A DNA stretch of 64,000 nucleotides from Camelus ferus (lineage: Eukaryota), in assembly GCF_009834535.1 (NCBI RefSeq), contig NC_045707.1:61568001-61632000 (forward strand), written 5' to 3'. The notes under the pieces are model-generated. The model ran no database searches and was not told where the DNA came from. It was given only the letters and a program-made list of their open reading frames with translations. The position numbers and the translations under genes are program-made. This document shows positions 27,130-41,000 of this stretch, piece after piece (position 1 is the stretch's first letter; the number at the start of each line of letters is the position of its first letter).

Positions 27130-27402
27130 TTTAAGAGGCAGCACTTTGTGATGGCTAAGAGGAGAGATCTTGGCATCAGGCAGAGCTGGATTTGGATATG
27201 GTCTTATGACGTGTTAGTTGCATGACCTTGGATGATATAATTCACTTCTTTAAGATTTGTTTCATTATTTGTAAAAGAACCTCCTCATAAGATGGGTATT
27301 GTGGGGATTAAATGATATGAGAACTAAATGAGATAATGCATTGAATGTGTATAGCAGAATGCCTAATTAAAGTAAACCTTCTGTAAATGGTAACTATTAT
27401 TA
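27130..27402 (+). mobile_element. MIR SINE
   Basis: gcatgaccttggatgatataattcacttc...ggggattaaatga...aaatggtaactattatta. Confidence 0.7.
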
Positions 27403-28449
27403 TATGAAACTTAAGGGCAGGCTGATGGGCAAAATCTTGTCTAATAATTGGTGGCTTCTATCAAATGCTTATTGTATGTCTAGGTCTGAGGATAGGAGAG
27501 CCTGTTTTCATTGGATCATAGGTAGAAAATCCAGGAAGCTGTGGGAAACTTTTGACGATTATTTGCATTTTTGTCAATAGATTGTGGAGCACAGCTGACA
27601 ACTTTCTATCATTGCCTTGACCATAATTCCACTAAGTTTGGACTTTGTGTTGAAGAGAAGTAAGGCAACATTCCTGATACTCTTGTTTCCTTTTCTGTGT
27701 GAGGTGAAGGGAATAAATGATCAAGAGCACAAGGGAGACAGAGATCACTTTTGTTCAATGCATTACCAATGCCTAGGACAGACTGGTACAGAGTAGGTAT
27801 TCAAAGAAGTGTTTCCTGACGGAGTGGCCAGCTGACTCTTGTAAGTGGTGGGGTATATACTTCCCAGCATGTGACGCTTCGAAGGCTACTGATTCCCCTA
27901 CAAATGCATCTCTGAGGGAAGCAACTAGAAACCTCCTTCCCTCAGCTCCATGGCTCCCTGGGATGGTTGTCAGGTGATAAGGAAGCAGGAGGACCCCCAG
28001 CCATTGTTCCACTGCTGGTACTGGAGAACTTAACCATACGGGCAACTCTCCACTTCTGAACGGTCGAAATAGTAATGACTAAGGAAAAAATAGTGTTACA
28101 GAAGCAGAGTTCTTCTCTCTTATTAAGAGGTTCCCATTCCTTGAAAGATTATTGGTAGACTGATTCTTGGCTAATGTGTTTTCCCCCATCAGAGGTAAAG
28201 TCTGCACCAACTGTAACTTCTAAGCTCAAGAGAGTTTTCGTATTTCTCTAATCCTGATCAACCTTCACTTTCCTCCACCTGCTTTCAAGAGTTTGAGCAT
28301 AAGGTGCTATGAACATCAATTCTTAACTGTTCTCATCAATAGGTATTTTAATTAGTATAAACTCTATCTGGATCCTGGCATGTTGTGAATTTTTGTCCTT
28401 AATTCTCTGTGCCTTTCTAATGTGTTATTATTATATGTTTTTATGACTG

Positions 28450-28636
28450 TAGGGTTGCCAGATAAAATGCAACACCTAGTTAACTCTGAATTACAGATAC
28501 ACAAAGAAATAAATGTTTTTAGTATAAATATGTGTACTAAATTATGGGTCATATACTAAAAACATTTTGTTTCTTATCTGACATTCAAAGTTAAGCAGGT
28601 ATCCTGTATTTTTATATGCTAAATCTGGCAACTCTA
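28450..28636 (+). mobile_element. MER53 palindromic hAT MITE
   Basis: TIRs TAGGGTTGCCAGAT ... ATCTGGCAACTCTA with a self-complementary interior. Confidence 0.88.
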
Positions 28637-30994
28637 CATTGTGTTTTAGAAGAGAATTCAGAAAGAAAATTTCAGTGTCCACACTTTGCAGTCTTTCTTA
28701 CTGTTTTAGCATTAGTGCCAAACAGATTTTCCAACTGAACATATTCATGGTGCTACGCATTGTCTACTATTCCTCTAGCTCTCGTTTTTGAAACAGTTAG
28801 TGTTCAAATAGAGATAGATAACTTCTCCAGCTGTCTAATGACACCACTGCCAGAACAACAAAGATGGTTGGGCCTTTGCCAGAGGTGATTTCTGTGGTCC
28901 CAGAGCTGGAGAAAGGGTAAAATTTAATAGCAATTTCAATCAAATGTTATTTTACTAACATACCCCTGTATTCTTTTCTTTTCTTGTTGGCTTTTGTACA
29001 ACTTCTGTTTGCATGTTAATAGCCTCTTCCTGGTATATTTCACTCTAAAAAGGTAGAATGATTGCAAAAAAGAGGGCTTTTAATTATTACTGAATAATTG
29101 CACACCAAGGCTATATCATTGAAGGAAAACTCAGTAACTGCTAATGAGCTATGCAGAAATCCATCTTCTTATTTCAGGTGTGTTTTTAAATTTATAGGTA
29201 TATGCATTCTTAACTTCTGGCAGTTGGATTTCTCATAATTTTCTTTTATAGTCTTCAGGTTGTTTTATTTATGTTATTAGTTGTGCTATTTTCAGACAGG
29301 CAATAGTCCATGGGCAATTAAACGTTAATTAAGGCGTCTACTCCATGACGTACTTTGGACAAAGTTGCTTCTTGCTTCAGTTTGGTTCCACAATCATTCT
29401 CATTGGCCTTCACTGTGTCTCTTCTGCAAATAGCTCTCCTCACGAGCGGTGCCAGCCCTCCCCACTGTGAGTTCCTCATGATTCTGTAAGTGAGGAACAA
29501 GCAGGTGAAGGAATGCAGCTGAGAAAATAAGGACAAAGAAAGAGGCTGGAACAGAAGAGCATACCCTATAACTGTAATTCAGTAAGAGTGATTTTCTAGG
29601 GTTTAGTAAATTGTCTCTTGAAGTTGGTTGCAACAGAGGACTTCTAAAAATGTTTTGAACAATGGCAATGTCATACTAAGGGCATAATCTCCCCAAGCAG
29701 AAGTGTGTTCTTCAGTACCTAAGTCCTTTGAGATGCTGCATCATAAAAAACAAATTCGGTTTGAGAAATGAGTCACACTCTATCTCCGCTTTTTCCACTC
29801 GATTCACGGTGCACATTGTGCATTAAGCCTCTGAGAATCCCATTTAAAACAAAAAGGGAAATTGCGTATCTTCCAGTTTTTTCCCCCCAATCATACAGTT
29901 TCATGGAATATCTTTCATAAAATGCTGTCCTTAGGGCACTTTTTAAAAGGAGGAGGTCATATGATTGTTTATCTGAGTTTTGATTTGTGTGTTTTTAAAG
30001 CCATTACTATAGAGTCACATATTGCAGGGAGGGCTAATGAAAGGACAGGGACACCTGGTAGTCATGTATCTAAGTTAAACCACAGGACTGAAGTGAGAAA
30101 ATACGATTTTGTGCAACTGTGTGCCTTTGAGTTTGGCCACTGTTCAAGACAAAATTTGAGGGGTCTGATCACATGATTCCATAAGAGAGTAAGGAATCAA
30201 GAGCTAGAAAATAAAAAAGTAACATGAAAATAAGGATGTCTTCATGCAAGTCACCAGCAGACCTCTCAATCATAGAAAAGGCTGGTGAAATCTGTCACCT
30301 TGTAAATAAGCAAAATTCTTTCTCACCTAGTAATCTTTCTTTTAGGATTAATTATAAGAAAATACATGAGATATAAGGAAACAAATTTTTGCACAAAAAT
30401 GTTCCTTGACTATTTTATATTAGTGAAAATTTTGAAATAACTTTATTTTCAACAAAGGGAGATAAGATAGATATATATAAATTATCGCAACTCATATAAT
30501 GGAATATTACTGTGGTGTGAAAAACAATGTTTAAAAAAAGTCTTAGTAATATCAAAAAAATACTTGTAAAATGTTATCATAGTAGGTTTAAATTTTACTT
30601 ATTTGATATATTATTAATAATTTAAATAAATATATGGTGAATAATTCCTGAGAACTAGTAAAAAGTAATTTATATAAGTGAATTATAGAGATTTGAAATC
30701 ATTTACTTTTTCATCCTAAAAAATTATGTATTTCTAAGTTTTGTCCAGTGGTCATTTGTTAACTTTATAAAAAATATGAGTGTACCAATTTTAAAAAGCA
30801 TGTTTCTAAGGTATAGCAGGGTGTGCAAATGAAGCTCTTAGCACTGAAGATGTAGCAGGTCAGGAATTCCGTAAGTCTTTCTGCTTTAAAGGAATTCATA
30901 AAATTATCAAAAATCTCACCTCAAATGTCTAAACTCTAATGCACACCACAAGAGAAATTATCAGTGAGAAAAGTTAAGTACCCAATTTAATTTT

Positions 30995-31390
30995 TATGTA
31001 TTTATTGGTAAGATACTTACTGAGCTTCATGCCTACTGAGTGCTACTGGTGCTGGAGATGATCTCTAGGTTGGGGAGTGATAGAGTCTAACTGGGGTCTG
31101 GAGATGCAACAAACAGGTCAACAGACAATTCATGAGAGATGTACACAGACTGTCTGAGGAACCCATAGAATAAGCATCTAACTCAAACTTAAAAATTAGG
31201 AGAGATTTCCTCGAGGCCATGCTGAGTCAAATGACATGTTCAGTGTAGGCAGGAAAAGAGTCAGAAGAAAGATGTTCCTGGAAGAGGGGGCAACACTGGG
31301 AACTCAGGTGTGAGGGCGCCCCCCGCCCCAAGTCAGTCATTTTGGCTTGAGAAGAGTACAGAGGTGCAGAAGGAGTGGTGAGGAAGAGCC
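30995..31390 (-). mobile_element. L2 fragment (3' end)
   Basis: tatttattggtaagatacttactgagc...gggagagatttcctcgagg...gttcctggaagaggggg. Confidence 0.55.
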
Positions 31391-32739
31391 CAGTGTTTTC
31401 TTCAGAATGTTCTAGAAGAATTCTCAAAGGTGCCTAAAGAAAATTTCCAAAAGCCTAAGATTTGTACTCTTTTATACTATGATTTCACTGATACACCTCT
31501 ATTTTCTTTATTGGCATTACAATGAGATTGAAATTAATAACTAAAGTAACACTTGTAGGCGACTGTGATAATAATTCATTTAGCAGACAGCAGATTTTAT
31601 ACTTTTCTGTTTTCAGAAATACATACAGATTGAATAAGTAAACAAATGAATAAATCACATAAACTTAGTAGCATGTGTTACCATTGTGCCAGTCCAAGGA
31701 TGTCTCATAATTCCTTCCTCTACTATCTGATTAAATATGGCACCTGTTACCATTCCTATAAAGGGTTACACATCAAGTCTTTTTTGTAACTCCTGATTAG
31801 TCTGTTTCTTCTATGAGAAAATTCAACAGATCTTATATCATTTCAGATGTAGAATCTACTCTGACCATATGTTCTCTGTATCCTCGCAGCTTTGCACCTC
31901 TGTCCCCTTCAAAACAGCTTGCATTCACATGTCCATTAACGAATATTTACATTCTAAAAATTTTCCATGAGAATGTTGCCTGTCATGGCCATGCTTAGCC
32001 TTGATTCTGAAAAGAGAGGATTGGGCATGGAACCACCACAAGTATTTAAACTGTTCTGTCTCTGAGGATTCACAGATCATTTCACAAGCAGACACTTAAG
32101 TATGTGAGTGGCTCTTCAATTAATGCATCATACAGGACTAGATGAATATTTTGAATATAATCTTTCCCAGGTGCTGTGAGATAATTAAAAGAGATACTGT
32201 GCCTGGTGACCCTGACATTTCCTAATTTCAGGAAAGAAATACAGTTTGGCAGCACATTGGATCAGGCAGCGTAAGGGAGTGAAAAGAAGGGCCTGGCAGA
32301 GTTAGATCTGGGTTTGCACACCCGCTCTGCCAATTAAGTAACTGACTTCCAGGAAGTTACCGCTCTTTCCTTGCTGAAAAAGGGGATGTGGTAAGGGTTA
32401 AGTGAGAAAAATATATAAATTGACTTCACATAGAAAGTACTTATCTAATGGTTAATATTATTATTAGCAATTAAATCCAGTGCTATTAACCTAGGTTTCT
32501 TTAGCCTAGTCAGTCGACATTTACGGAGACTCCCAACCAGATGATTAAGTTGGCACTGGTAAGTATCTGCTATTGAATATTACCAAAAAATGTTCAGATT
32601 TATTTATTTTTGTATTTCTTCAAAATAGAAGACTCTGTGTTAATGGGGCTACACAAGTTACTATACCAATCCTTGTAGAATTTGCATCTAGAAACTATGA
32701 ACCTATTATTACAATCAAATCAAAATGTAATAATAGTGG

Positions 32740-33620
32740 GTATACAGGGAACATATAGAGAATGGACCTAACCAAGCCAAGGTGTTCTGAGAAAACCTAC
32801 AGGAATTAAAGTTTATAGAGATTCTTTTTGAAAATTTGAAGTATAGTTAATTCACAATGTTGTGCTGGTTTCAGGTGTCCAGCAAAGTGATTGTTATACA
32901 TACTATACATTCTTTTTCATTTTCGATTATTACAGGATATTGAATGTAGGTCCCTGTGCATAGGGAACTTAGGTCCTTGCTGTTTGTCTATTTTATATAT
33001 AGTAGTATGTTTATGTTACTCCCAAACTCCTAATTTATTCCTCTCCCCTCCCCTCGCCTTCCCCTTTGGTAACCGTCAGTTTGTTTTCTATGTCTGCACG
33101 TCTATTTCTGTTTTGTAAGTAAGTTCATTTGTATCATTTATTTTTTAGATTCCACGTGTAAGTGATATCATATGATATTTGTCTTCCTCTGTCTGACATG
33201 AAGTTTATATAGATTCTTGAAGGAAGAGTGTGGATTAGGAGAAAGGGATATGAACAGGAAATGTGTGTGAGCTGCGAGAGGAAGGGTGCCAGGTGGCCGA
33301 GGGGTGAGAGTGGTACCCTTGAGGGAGCTGGGTAAGGCTGGTGCTCAGAGAATCTGGTGAGGGGAGAGCGGACAGAGAGGGTGGCCAGTTGCAAAGGCAG
33401 ATGGAGACTGTGGAGAGTCCGGTGAGCCACGTAAAGGACTTTGAACTTATCCCAAGAGCAATGAGAGTTTAGTGAAGGATTTGCGGCAAGTGAGTGACAG
33501 TATCCATTTTAAGTTTTGGAGATATCATTGCTACAGTTTGGAGGATGGATAAAAGAGCAAGGGCAAGAATGGAAGGAGAACAACCAGTGAAGGAGGCGTT
33601 ACGCTAATCTAGGCAAGATT
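32740..33620 (-). mobile_element. L2 fragment interrupted by a younger L1
   Basis: L2 motifs on both sides of the L1 (ggacctaaccaag... / ...cttgaaggaagagt...gccacgtaaaggactttgaacttatcccaagagcaatgag). Confidence 0.7.
32827..33200 (-). mobile_element. 5'-truncated L1 (3' end) with TSD, nested in L2
   Basis: Same L1 3' end sequence as 7819 and 61104. TSD AAGTTTATAGAGATTCTT (32809-32826) / AAGTTTATATAGATTCTT (33201-33218). Confidence 0.92.
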
Positions 33621-35159
33621 TTTCTGTGTCAGCATCTTAGTGTCCTTCCCCTCGTGGCGAACTGTCATGAGGTTTTTGCCTATATGGAAGTGTACACAGT
33701 GAACAGCACACCTGAACGACTACAGGTTTCTTAAAAACAAAACAACTTTTTACTGGACAATCTGGAGTTTACTCTTTATATTTTTTTAACTGGGAAAAAT
33801 AATAGCAGCTTCACTTTTCTTTGATCAGTAAAATATTTTATTCAGTTTACTTTCAAATTCCAGAGTAAAACCAATTTCTGTTATTAAAGTTATGGGACCA
33901 TCTCAGGGGGAGATGACATTTCATATTCTTACACACCTTAATGGTGAGGAGACGGAGATATCATTCAGTTGGACTTGAAAAGAAACATAATGATCATGTT
34001 AAAATTCTTAACATATGTAGATAATATTTCAAAGACACATCAAAGCCTTACAGAAATTTCAAATGTAGCTTGCTTTTCTCTCTAGGGTCTTGTCATTTCC
34101 TGGTCTTTCCAGTAACTGATTATTTTATTCCTAAATTTGACCGATAATTTTGGTGCATTGGGCACAGTAGTTTTTGCATTTTTTTTAAAATTGTCTGGAT
34201 ACTGAAAAGGAAGTTTACATATTTTTACTATGGTAGATATCTGCTATAATAGACAATAATTTGTTTTAGAAATGATCATGGTTATAGAAGCTCCTGCTTG
34301 CTTCGCACAAAGGATTTGTCGAATTCAGGCTTGAGGTCTCTGTATGAGCAGCCTGTTTGTGGGGAACGTTTGAGCTGAGGGCACCAAAATCTCTGCATCA
34401 TGTTACGTTGTTATGATGCCAGAAAACTTCTAGTAGTGGAGTCACTCCTTTCAGTTGATGCATTGTGGTTTTTCAATGTCTTTGTTGACATGTAAATGTG
34501 TTTCCTGGGAGGGATAACTTTGTTGGGCTCTTTTCAGCCACAGACACTACCATAAATTAGTGATCAGGTTGCTAATTGCTCCATCAGTGAGGGTTCTGAA
34601 AGATGTAAGAAGCCAAGAACAATGTGTTTTGGGATAGAAAGTCAGAATGATAATGTATTTATTTATTCTGTCCCTCCTGCTCTGCGGTTAGACATCTTGT
34701 GTCCCTAGCCCCCAGCATAGTGCCTGGCACAAAATAGCCCACAAACTCTTGTCCTCGATTCTCAATTCCTGGGGGTGGGGGACAGAAATCTCTGGAAAGA
34801 GAACCTTTTTTTAGTAATTTTTTACTGATTTTCAGTAAAATTCGTCCTGAAGTGAGGTGAGGCTATTTATAGTCTTTATTTATCCCACTTAGAGCGAATG
34901 TTTTGATTGCTGCAGAAATATTAATGTGCTTGATTCTGGAGTGCTTCCCCAGGCCCTGCTGGAGGTGTTATATAACATGTGTTAAAGGTACTGTATTGCT
35001 TTTCTGAAATCGAAAAAAAATTCAGAATTCTGAAATACATCTGGCCCTAAGGGTTTTGAGTAAGAGACTGAAGATCTTGGAAAGTACCACATATGCAGTG
35101 CTTCCCATGAGTCAGGCAGGATATTGTGTGCTCACACACATCACTTTGTTACAGCACGT

Positions 35160-35590
35160 GTGAGAGGCAGCTGATGCAGAATGCAAAGAAGAGGGATTTG
35201 AAAGCTAAACTCCCTGTCTTGGAGTCTCAGCTCTACTGTTTAACCATCTACATGCTTTTGGGTGCTGTCCTTTTCCTCCTTTTACCTCTGTTTCTCGTCT
35301 GAAAATAGAGAGAACATTTCCTTAGTGGGTTGTAGTGGGGATTAAATGATTTAAGAGATGCAAAGCACCCATGGCTATGGCTTCACAGAATTATTATCAT
35401 TAAGCATTTTGACAGAACTGTGATATTGGCACAATGATCTGCATTTCACAGATGAAGAAACTGAGATCTGGTGAAGTTGAATAACTTGCCCGTGTGTACA
35501 CAGCTGGAAAGCCATTGAGAATGGTTTGATTCCATATCTGTGATGTCATCAAGTCTGTGCTTTTCAGTGTTGTACTCTATTGCTTCTCTG
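35160..35590. mobile_element. Two MIRs in inverted orientation (+ ~35160-35400, - ~35420-35590)
   Basis: cctctgtttctcgtctgaaaat...ggggattaaatga, then catttcacagatgaagaaactgagatc...ataacttgccc. Confidence 0.7.
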
Positions 35591-36289
35591 CAGAAAAGGT
35601 GTTTTAATGAACTGCTTGGAATGAAAACACTGAGAAAATGAGAGGCTGCTTGGGGAAGGTGAGGTGGTAGGCACCCTAGAAAGGGGCCCTTGGTCACCCG
35701 TGAAAGAGTGGATGCATATATTTAAGGGAGGAGGCAGAAATCAAAGGCTGAGATAAAAGTGTTAAATATAACTCTTGCTACTCTAAGTATGTTTTAGGAT
35801 TGGTCGTATCTGCTGTGGTGTAGATCTGCAGATATGTCCTGTAGCGGCAAAGAGAGACTGGAAAAAGGATGACTAGAAAAGTGAAAAAATAATATTGTTA
35901 GTATTAGGGCAGCACTTTATTTTATGACCAGAGTTAATTATTCTTAAAAGAAGGATAAGGGATTATTATTATTATTTTTAATTTTAATGAGGTTATCTGT
36001 CTTCATCCCTGAGATCACAGCTCAGTTGCATTTTAAATGAATTGAACTTTGAATTTTGCCTTCCATTTCCATGGGAATCCTGGAAATAAATCCATCAAGT
36101 TCCTTGCTTTACCCTGAGGACCATTATTGTCAATCCTGAAAACCGTCCACTAAGGCTGTCTTTTCAAGTATTTATTTTGAAACATTGTATTTGACATGTT
36201 AGAAGAACAAAAAGTATGCAACTATGTGTGAGTAAATTAGAAAATTGTGAAGAAATTGATGTTTTTGAAAAGGCATGAGTTATCCAAAA

Positions 36290-36720
36290 CACAAACTATG
36301 GAAGACATTGACAATTACCAAAAATTACACCAAGAACGATTTGAACCTGTCTAGTTTTATAACGTATTCTAAACCTTCAAAGAATGATAATTTTCACAGT
36401 ATATAATTTATTTCAGAGCATTAGAAGAGATTTTATAAAAAGATATCAAGTAAGTTTATGAAACTCTTGTTTTAACTCTGTTGGAGTAACCCTTATAGCA
36501 AACTCACCTACAAATATAGAATGCAAAATTACTAACTGAAATTCTTGCAAATTGAGTTTAAATATATATTAAAATATTGATCTACCATAATCAGGTAGGA
36601 GTTATTTTAGGCATTAGAGTGGTAACTTAATATTATGAAATATAATATTAAAATGAATCACACCAATACCTAAAATAAGAAATAATAAACAGTTTACATG
36701 ACTTGAAATCAATGGAAAAA
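36290..36720 (+). mobile_element. Very old L1 ORF2 remnant
   Basis: A-rich, with degenerate ORF2 motifs (aaaccttcaaagaa, aatatagaatgcaaaattactaa, accataatcaggtaggagttatttta). Confidence 0.5.
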
Positions 36721-39263
36721 ACAAAACTTAATTGGAAAGAGAGTGTTTAACAATAAATTGCATATACCGTATTTATTAGTTTTCTTTATGCCAAGGAATA
36801 ATTTGTGATGATATAGAACTAGTTTATAAACAGACCTAATATGTAAAAGAGGTTTCATATTGTTAGAAATTAACAGCACCCATTCAACAACATGGAGACT
36901 TACATGCATAAATTAACCAAAATACATCAGTAGGTCTGGGGAAAAAAAAAATCACGTTGACTTTTAAGTCTTCTTTCTCATATAATTGGAACTGATATCC
37001 AATCATGTGGATTTTTTTTTTAATTGTAAGTTTCTTCTTGTCCTCTGATTTAGGGGACTTTTCTTGAACTATTTGTCAGATTTACTTCTTAGGTATTTTA
37101 ACCAATGAGAAAAATAAATCTAAGATTGATAAAAATGATAAATGGTCTTTTTTCTAAGGACAATTGATTTTCACTTTTTAAAAATTAATTGCCCTCTGAA
37201 TGTTTATAGACAAGCACTGTATCATTTCCTGCAGAGAGCTTGATTTTTACCAGTGCTCTGGTTCAACCTTAGAATTGAACTATTTAATCTTATAATAGTG
37301 TATGCACCAAATACTGTTGGAACATGTGGGTGAAATTCTTCAGAATGATGTGATTTAATTCTTACTCCTTCATTATCATTGTTCCTTTAGTATATTTCTG
37401 TTTTTCATAGTTAGTCTTAAAAGTGAGATTTCCTTCTGGTTTGTTTTCTATAAGAATGAAACATTCAAGCCCAAAGATAAAATATGCACAGGTGGTTACC
37501 TGATCTGTTAGTTCATTGGTCTCAGAACCTTACTATTCATGATTTTTTTTCCTTTTCTGAACAAGGGCTGAAATGCTTGCACCTTTATGAAATGGTAGTG
37601 ATACTAACTGTATAATATAATTATTGTTAAAAATAGGCAGGATGGATATGTTCCTTAACTCCAAATTACTTGCTTCATGCTGGCAGTTTGGATCCTTCTG
37701 TATCAAAGGCAGAAGTATTTTGTGCTATACTATCTTATTTTTCTTCACTACAGTTTTGTGACCTTTTCTGATGGTGGTGAATTTTTGTTATTGTTATTGT
37801 TTTGTTTGACTACCTTCCCACATGAGGGCTGCACGGCTCTGAATAAGTTGCATGTTTACAAAGTTGGTAAGCTGCAAAATCAATTTCTAAACTTGGAGTC
37901 TTTACTCCAAATCTAGGGTACTTTTCACTTTACAGTGAAGTCTTTAAAAAGGTTCTTAACAGTTAATAAAATGCAATTTCAAGAAATGAACTTTCCACAT
38001 TGCCTTCACCAACATAACTCTGCTAAATGAATTTGATGTCGATTACATAAAGAGCTTCAGGAAGCATTTTTGCCGGCCCTGTGAATCAGTTTTTCAGTTT
38101 AATTCCTACCTACCACCTGATTTCTTTTTGGAAAGGCCAATTTCTAGGGAGAGCTAGTAGACCTACGCATCCGTGCTGATTTGTGTGGTTCAGTAGAACT
38201 GCGTCACTAAGCTTAGATGTAGGTTGTGATGAAAGGCAGAGAGTGTCTTGACTACTTCATTAGTATTTCTTGTTGAGCCATGCCTTCAGTGTGTTCCTTG
38301 GGATAATTATATTACAAAAGTTGAGAGGATTAACCAATATTCTCATTCAGTACTGCACATTCCGGAAGACATGGCATTGTCACTAGATTCTTGGACAAGG
38401 TTTTTAGTCTGTCGGGATATCACCTTTAATGTGTTAATACGTAAGACAAGAACATTGTTGTTTACCTCTGTTCCCCACTTTCTTCCTTCATAAAATAATT
38501 CTGATTTTGTTTAGGTAGCCACTAGTTTCTGTATCCAGCTATATGTTTCAGGTGATGCTGACCCCAACCCAGACACATTGGTAGGTGGGAACTTAATTTT
38601 CCTTCTAATCTCAAGATGAGAATTTAATTTTCCTTCTCTGTAGACATCATATCTGGATGTGATGACAAACTATGGTTTGATGATAGAGGAAATGAACACA
38701 AGGGATCTTAGAGCAGAAAAATTGAATGAATCTGGCCATTTAATGATCTAAGTAAGCTGCTGAGTGAGCCAGCATTCAAGCCTCTGTATCCTCTGGTTTT
38801 CATAAAACTTAAGATGAATTTTCTGATGTTTTAAATCAGTTTTAGTCAGTGTTCTTTGTTGATTACAGCTGAAAGCATCTTAGTTTATGCAATTCCCAAA
38901 TTTCCCTTTACTTAAATGATTCTTTAAAAATATGTGTTATATATTATAATTATTGAGATTGCACAGTAAGCTTACAGAATTAAAAGCACATTTCCTGAAC
39001 CCTGTGTATATTCATGGAATAACGTTACCTTTTCCTGGTGTTTATTCACTGTTCTTTTTGTCAGGAAGTAGGGGAATAGGTCAGATTTTATTACATAGTC
39101 TAATATAAGTTTATTAAATCTTCCTCCTTAATTTTTACTTCATCCTTTAGCAACTTTTCCTGAAAAATAGTTCTTGTTTTTTTATGTTTTCATGTTAAAA
39201 CTTGATTATACTATTTACAACACAAAATAATAAAAGCATTTCAACTATAATTCCATTGCTTTA

Positions 39264-39644
39264 TATTATGGGCTGAATTGTAGCCCTCCAAATTTTACAT
39301 GTTGAGGCCCTAACCCTCAGTACCTCATAATGTGACATATTGAAGATAGGGACTTTAAAGAATAAAATAAGTTAAAATGAGTCATTAGGGTGGGGCTTAA
39401 TCCAATTTGAGTGGTGTCCTTATAAGAAGAGGAGATTAGGACCCAGAGAGAGACACCGAGGATAGAAATGACCATGTGAGGACACAACAAGAAGGTGACC
39501 ATCTCCTTGTCAAGAAGAGAGGTCATGGAAGAAACCAAACCTTGTCAACTCTTTGATCTCCAGAATTGTAACAAGATTAATTTCTGTTGTTAAAGTCACC
39601 TAGTCTGTTGTATTTTGTTACAGCAGCTGTAGCAAACTACTACA
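39264..39644 (+). mobile_element. MaLR solo LTR (MLT1B-like)
   Basis: tattatgggctgaattgt...ccctaaccctcagtacctcataatgtgac...gtccttataagaagagga...agcaaactactaca. Flanks CTTTA/CTCTA. Confidence 0.9.
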
Positions 39645-40059
39645 CTCTAAAACAAGTGCTTTCATTTCTTTCTGTTCTCCATGTGCAAAGTGGAAGCACA
39701 GAGTATAATAGTTTGAAGCATTGTTTTACTTCACTTTCTTAAGACTTTCATATTGTTGGAGTCTTCTTTATATTTTTTGATGAAACATGATCTTCCATCA
39801 ATGTTTCTTTTTTACTATTATACATTAAATTATTGAGAACATTATTGAGGCATTAGTGGTAAGAATATATTTGAAAGTACACGTATTTTTTTCTCTTTGA
39901 ATTTTTGTGACAAACTCTCAGGACTTAGGTTGGTCACAAATATTTTTAATGTCCTTTAATAAGAATTGCTAAATTAATACACAAAGAGTATATAAATTCA
40001 CAATATTATTTGAAATCAATCATTCTACCTGTTTCTAATGTTGAAGTGGTAAGGATTCA

Positions 40060-41000
40060 TTGTTAACTGAAGTAGGGGAAGACATAGTTCAATCAGATCA
40101 ATAGATCACTCTTACTGTAATTAGGAGAATGGGTTTATAGAAATGAAAGCAAGTGTGGCAGTAGGGAGGTAGGAGGCTCCATTAGTGATTAATTCAATTA
40201 AGGCAACGCTAGTAAATATGAAAAAGGGACTTGGATTTGATATGTGTTAAGAACATAATTTTAACACAATGTCAAAACGATTATGTATAGAGGGTAAAAG
40301 AGAGAGAGTCAGATAACTCCCAGGTTTTGGTCTGAGTGACAGGTATCATTAATTGAGATTGAGATTATAAGATAAAGATGATAAATACATTTTAGGTGTG
40401 TTGAATTGATGTGTTTGTGGGACATGCAGATGTATGGGTCCATCAGGTACTTGAATATATGCCTGAAACTTAGTGAGAGGAAGGCCTGGGATATATTAGA
40501 GGGCCCAAGGCAAGCATATTGACTAATGAGAATAGTACCCCAAGTACAGAACCCTGGAAGGTGGCAAAATGTAAAGAGTGGGCAGGGAAGAAGTCACACA
40601 GTAGCTTGATAAATAATGGTCATGGAGGTAAGATGTCATCATCTAGGACAGGGCCAGCCATCAAACTAAGGAAGTAAAACATTTATAAAAGATTCAAGTA
40701 AAGGCCAGCATACCATGTACAGTCTACAGCTCCAATAATATAAATCCTGAAGAATGCCTATCCGATTTATCAACATGGTGATAATTGATGACTTTTGGAT
40801 GAGCAGTTTCTGTGTGGGAAGTTTCAATATTCCAGTGGGATGAGAGGAAATAGTAAAGTCTAGTATAAAATATTCTTTCAAGAAGATTGTCTAAGAAAGG
40901 AAAGTGAAACATAGGGTTTTGATAAGAAAGAATTGCAGATTCAGAGAACTGGATTTGGATTCAAGGGAAGATATTGTTTGAGGTTGGATGTGACTTGAAC
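40060..41000 (-). mobile_element. Degenerate L2
   Basis: agtcagataactcccaggttttggtctgagtgac...ttttaggtgtgttgaatt...gagcagtttctgtgtgggaag. Confidence 0.6.
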
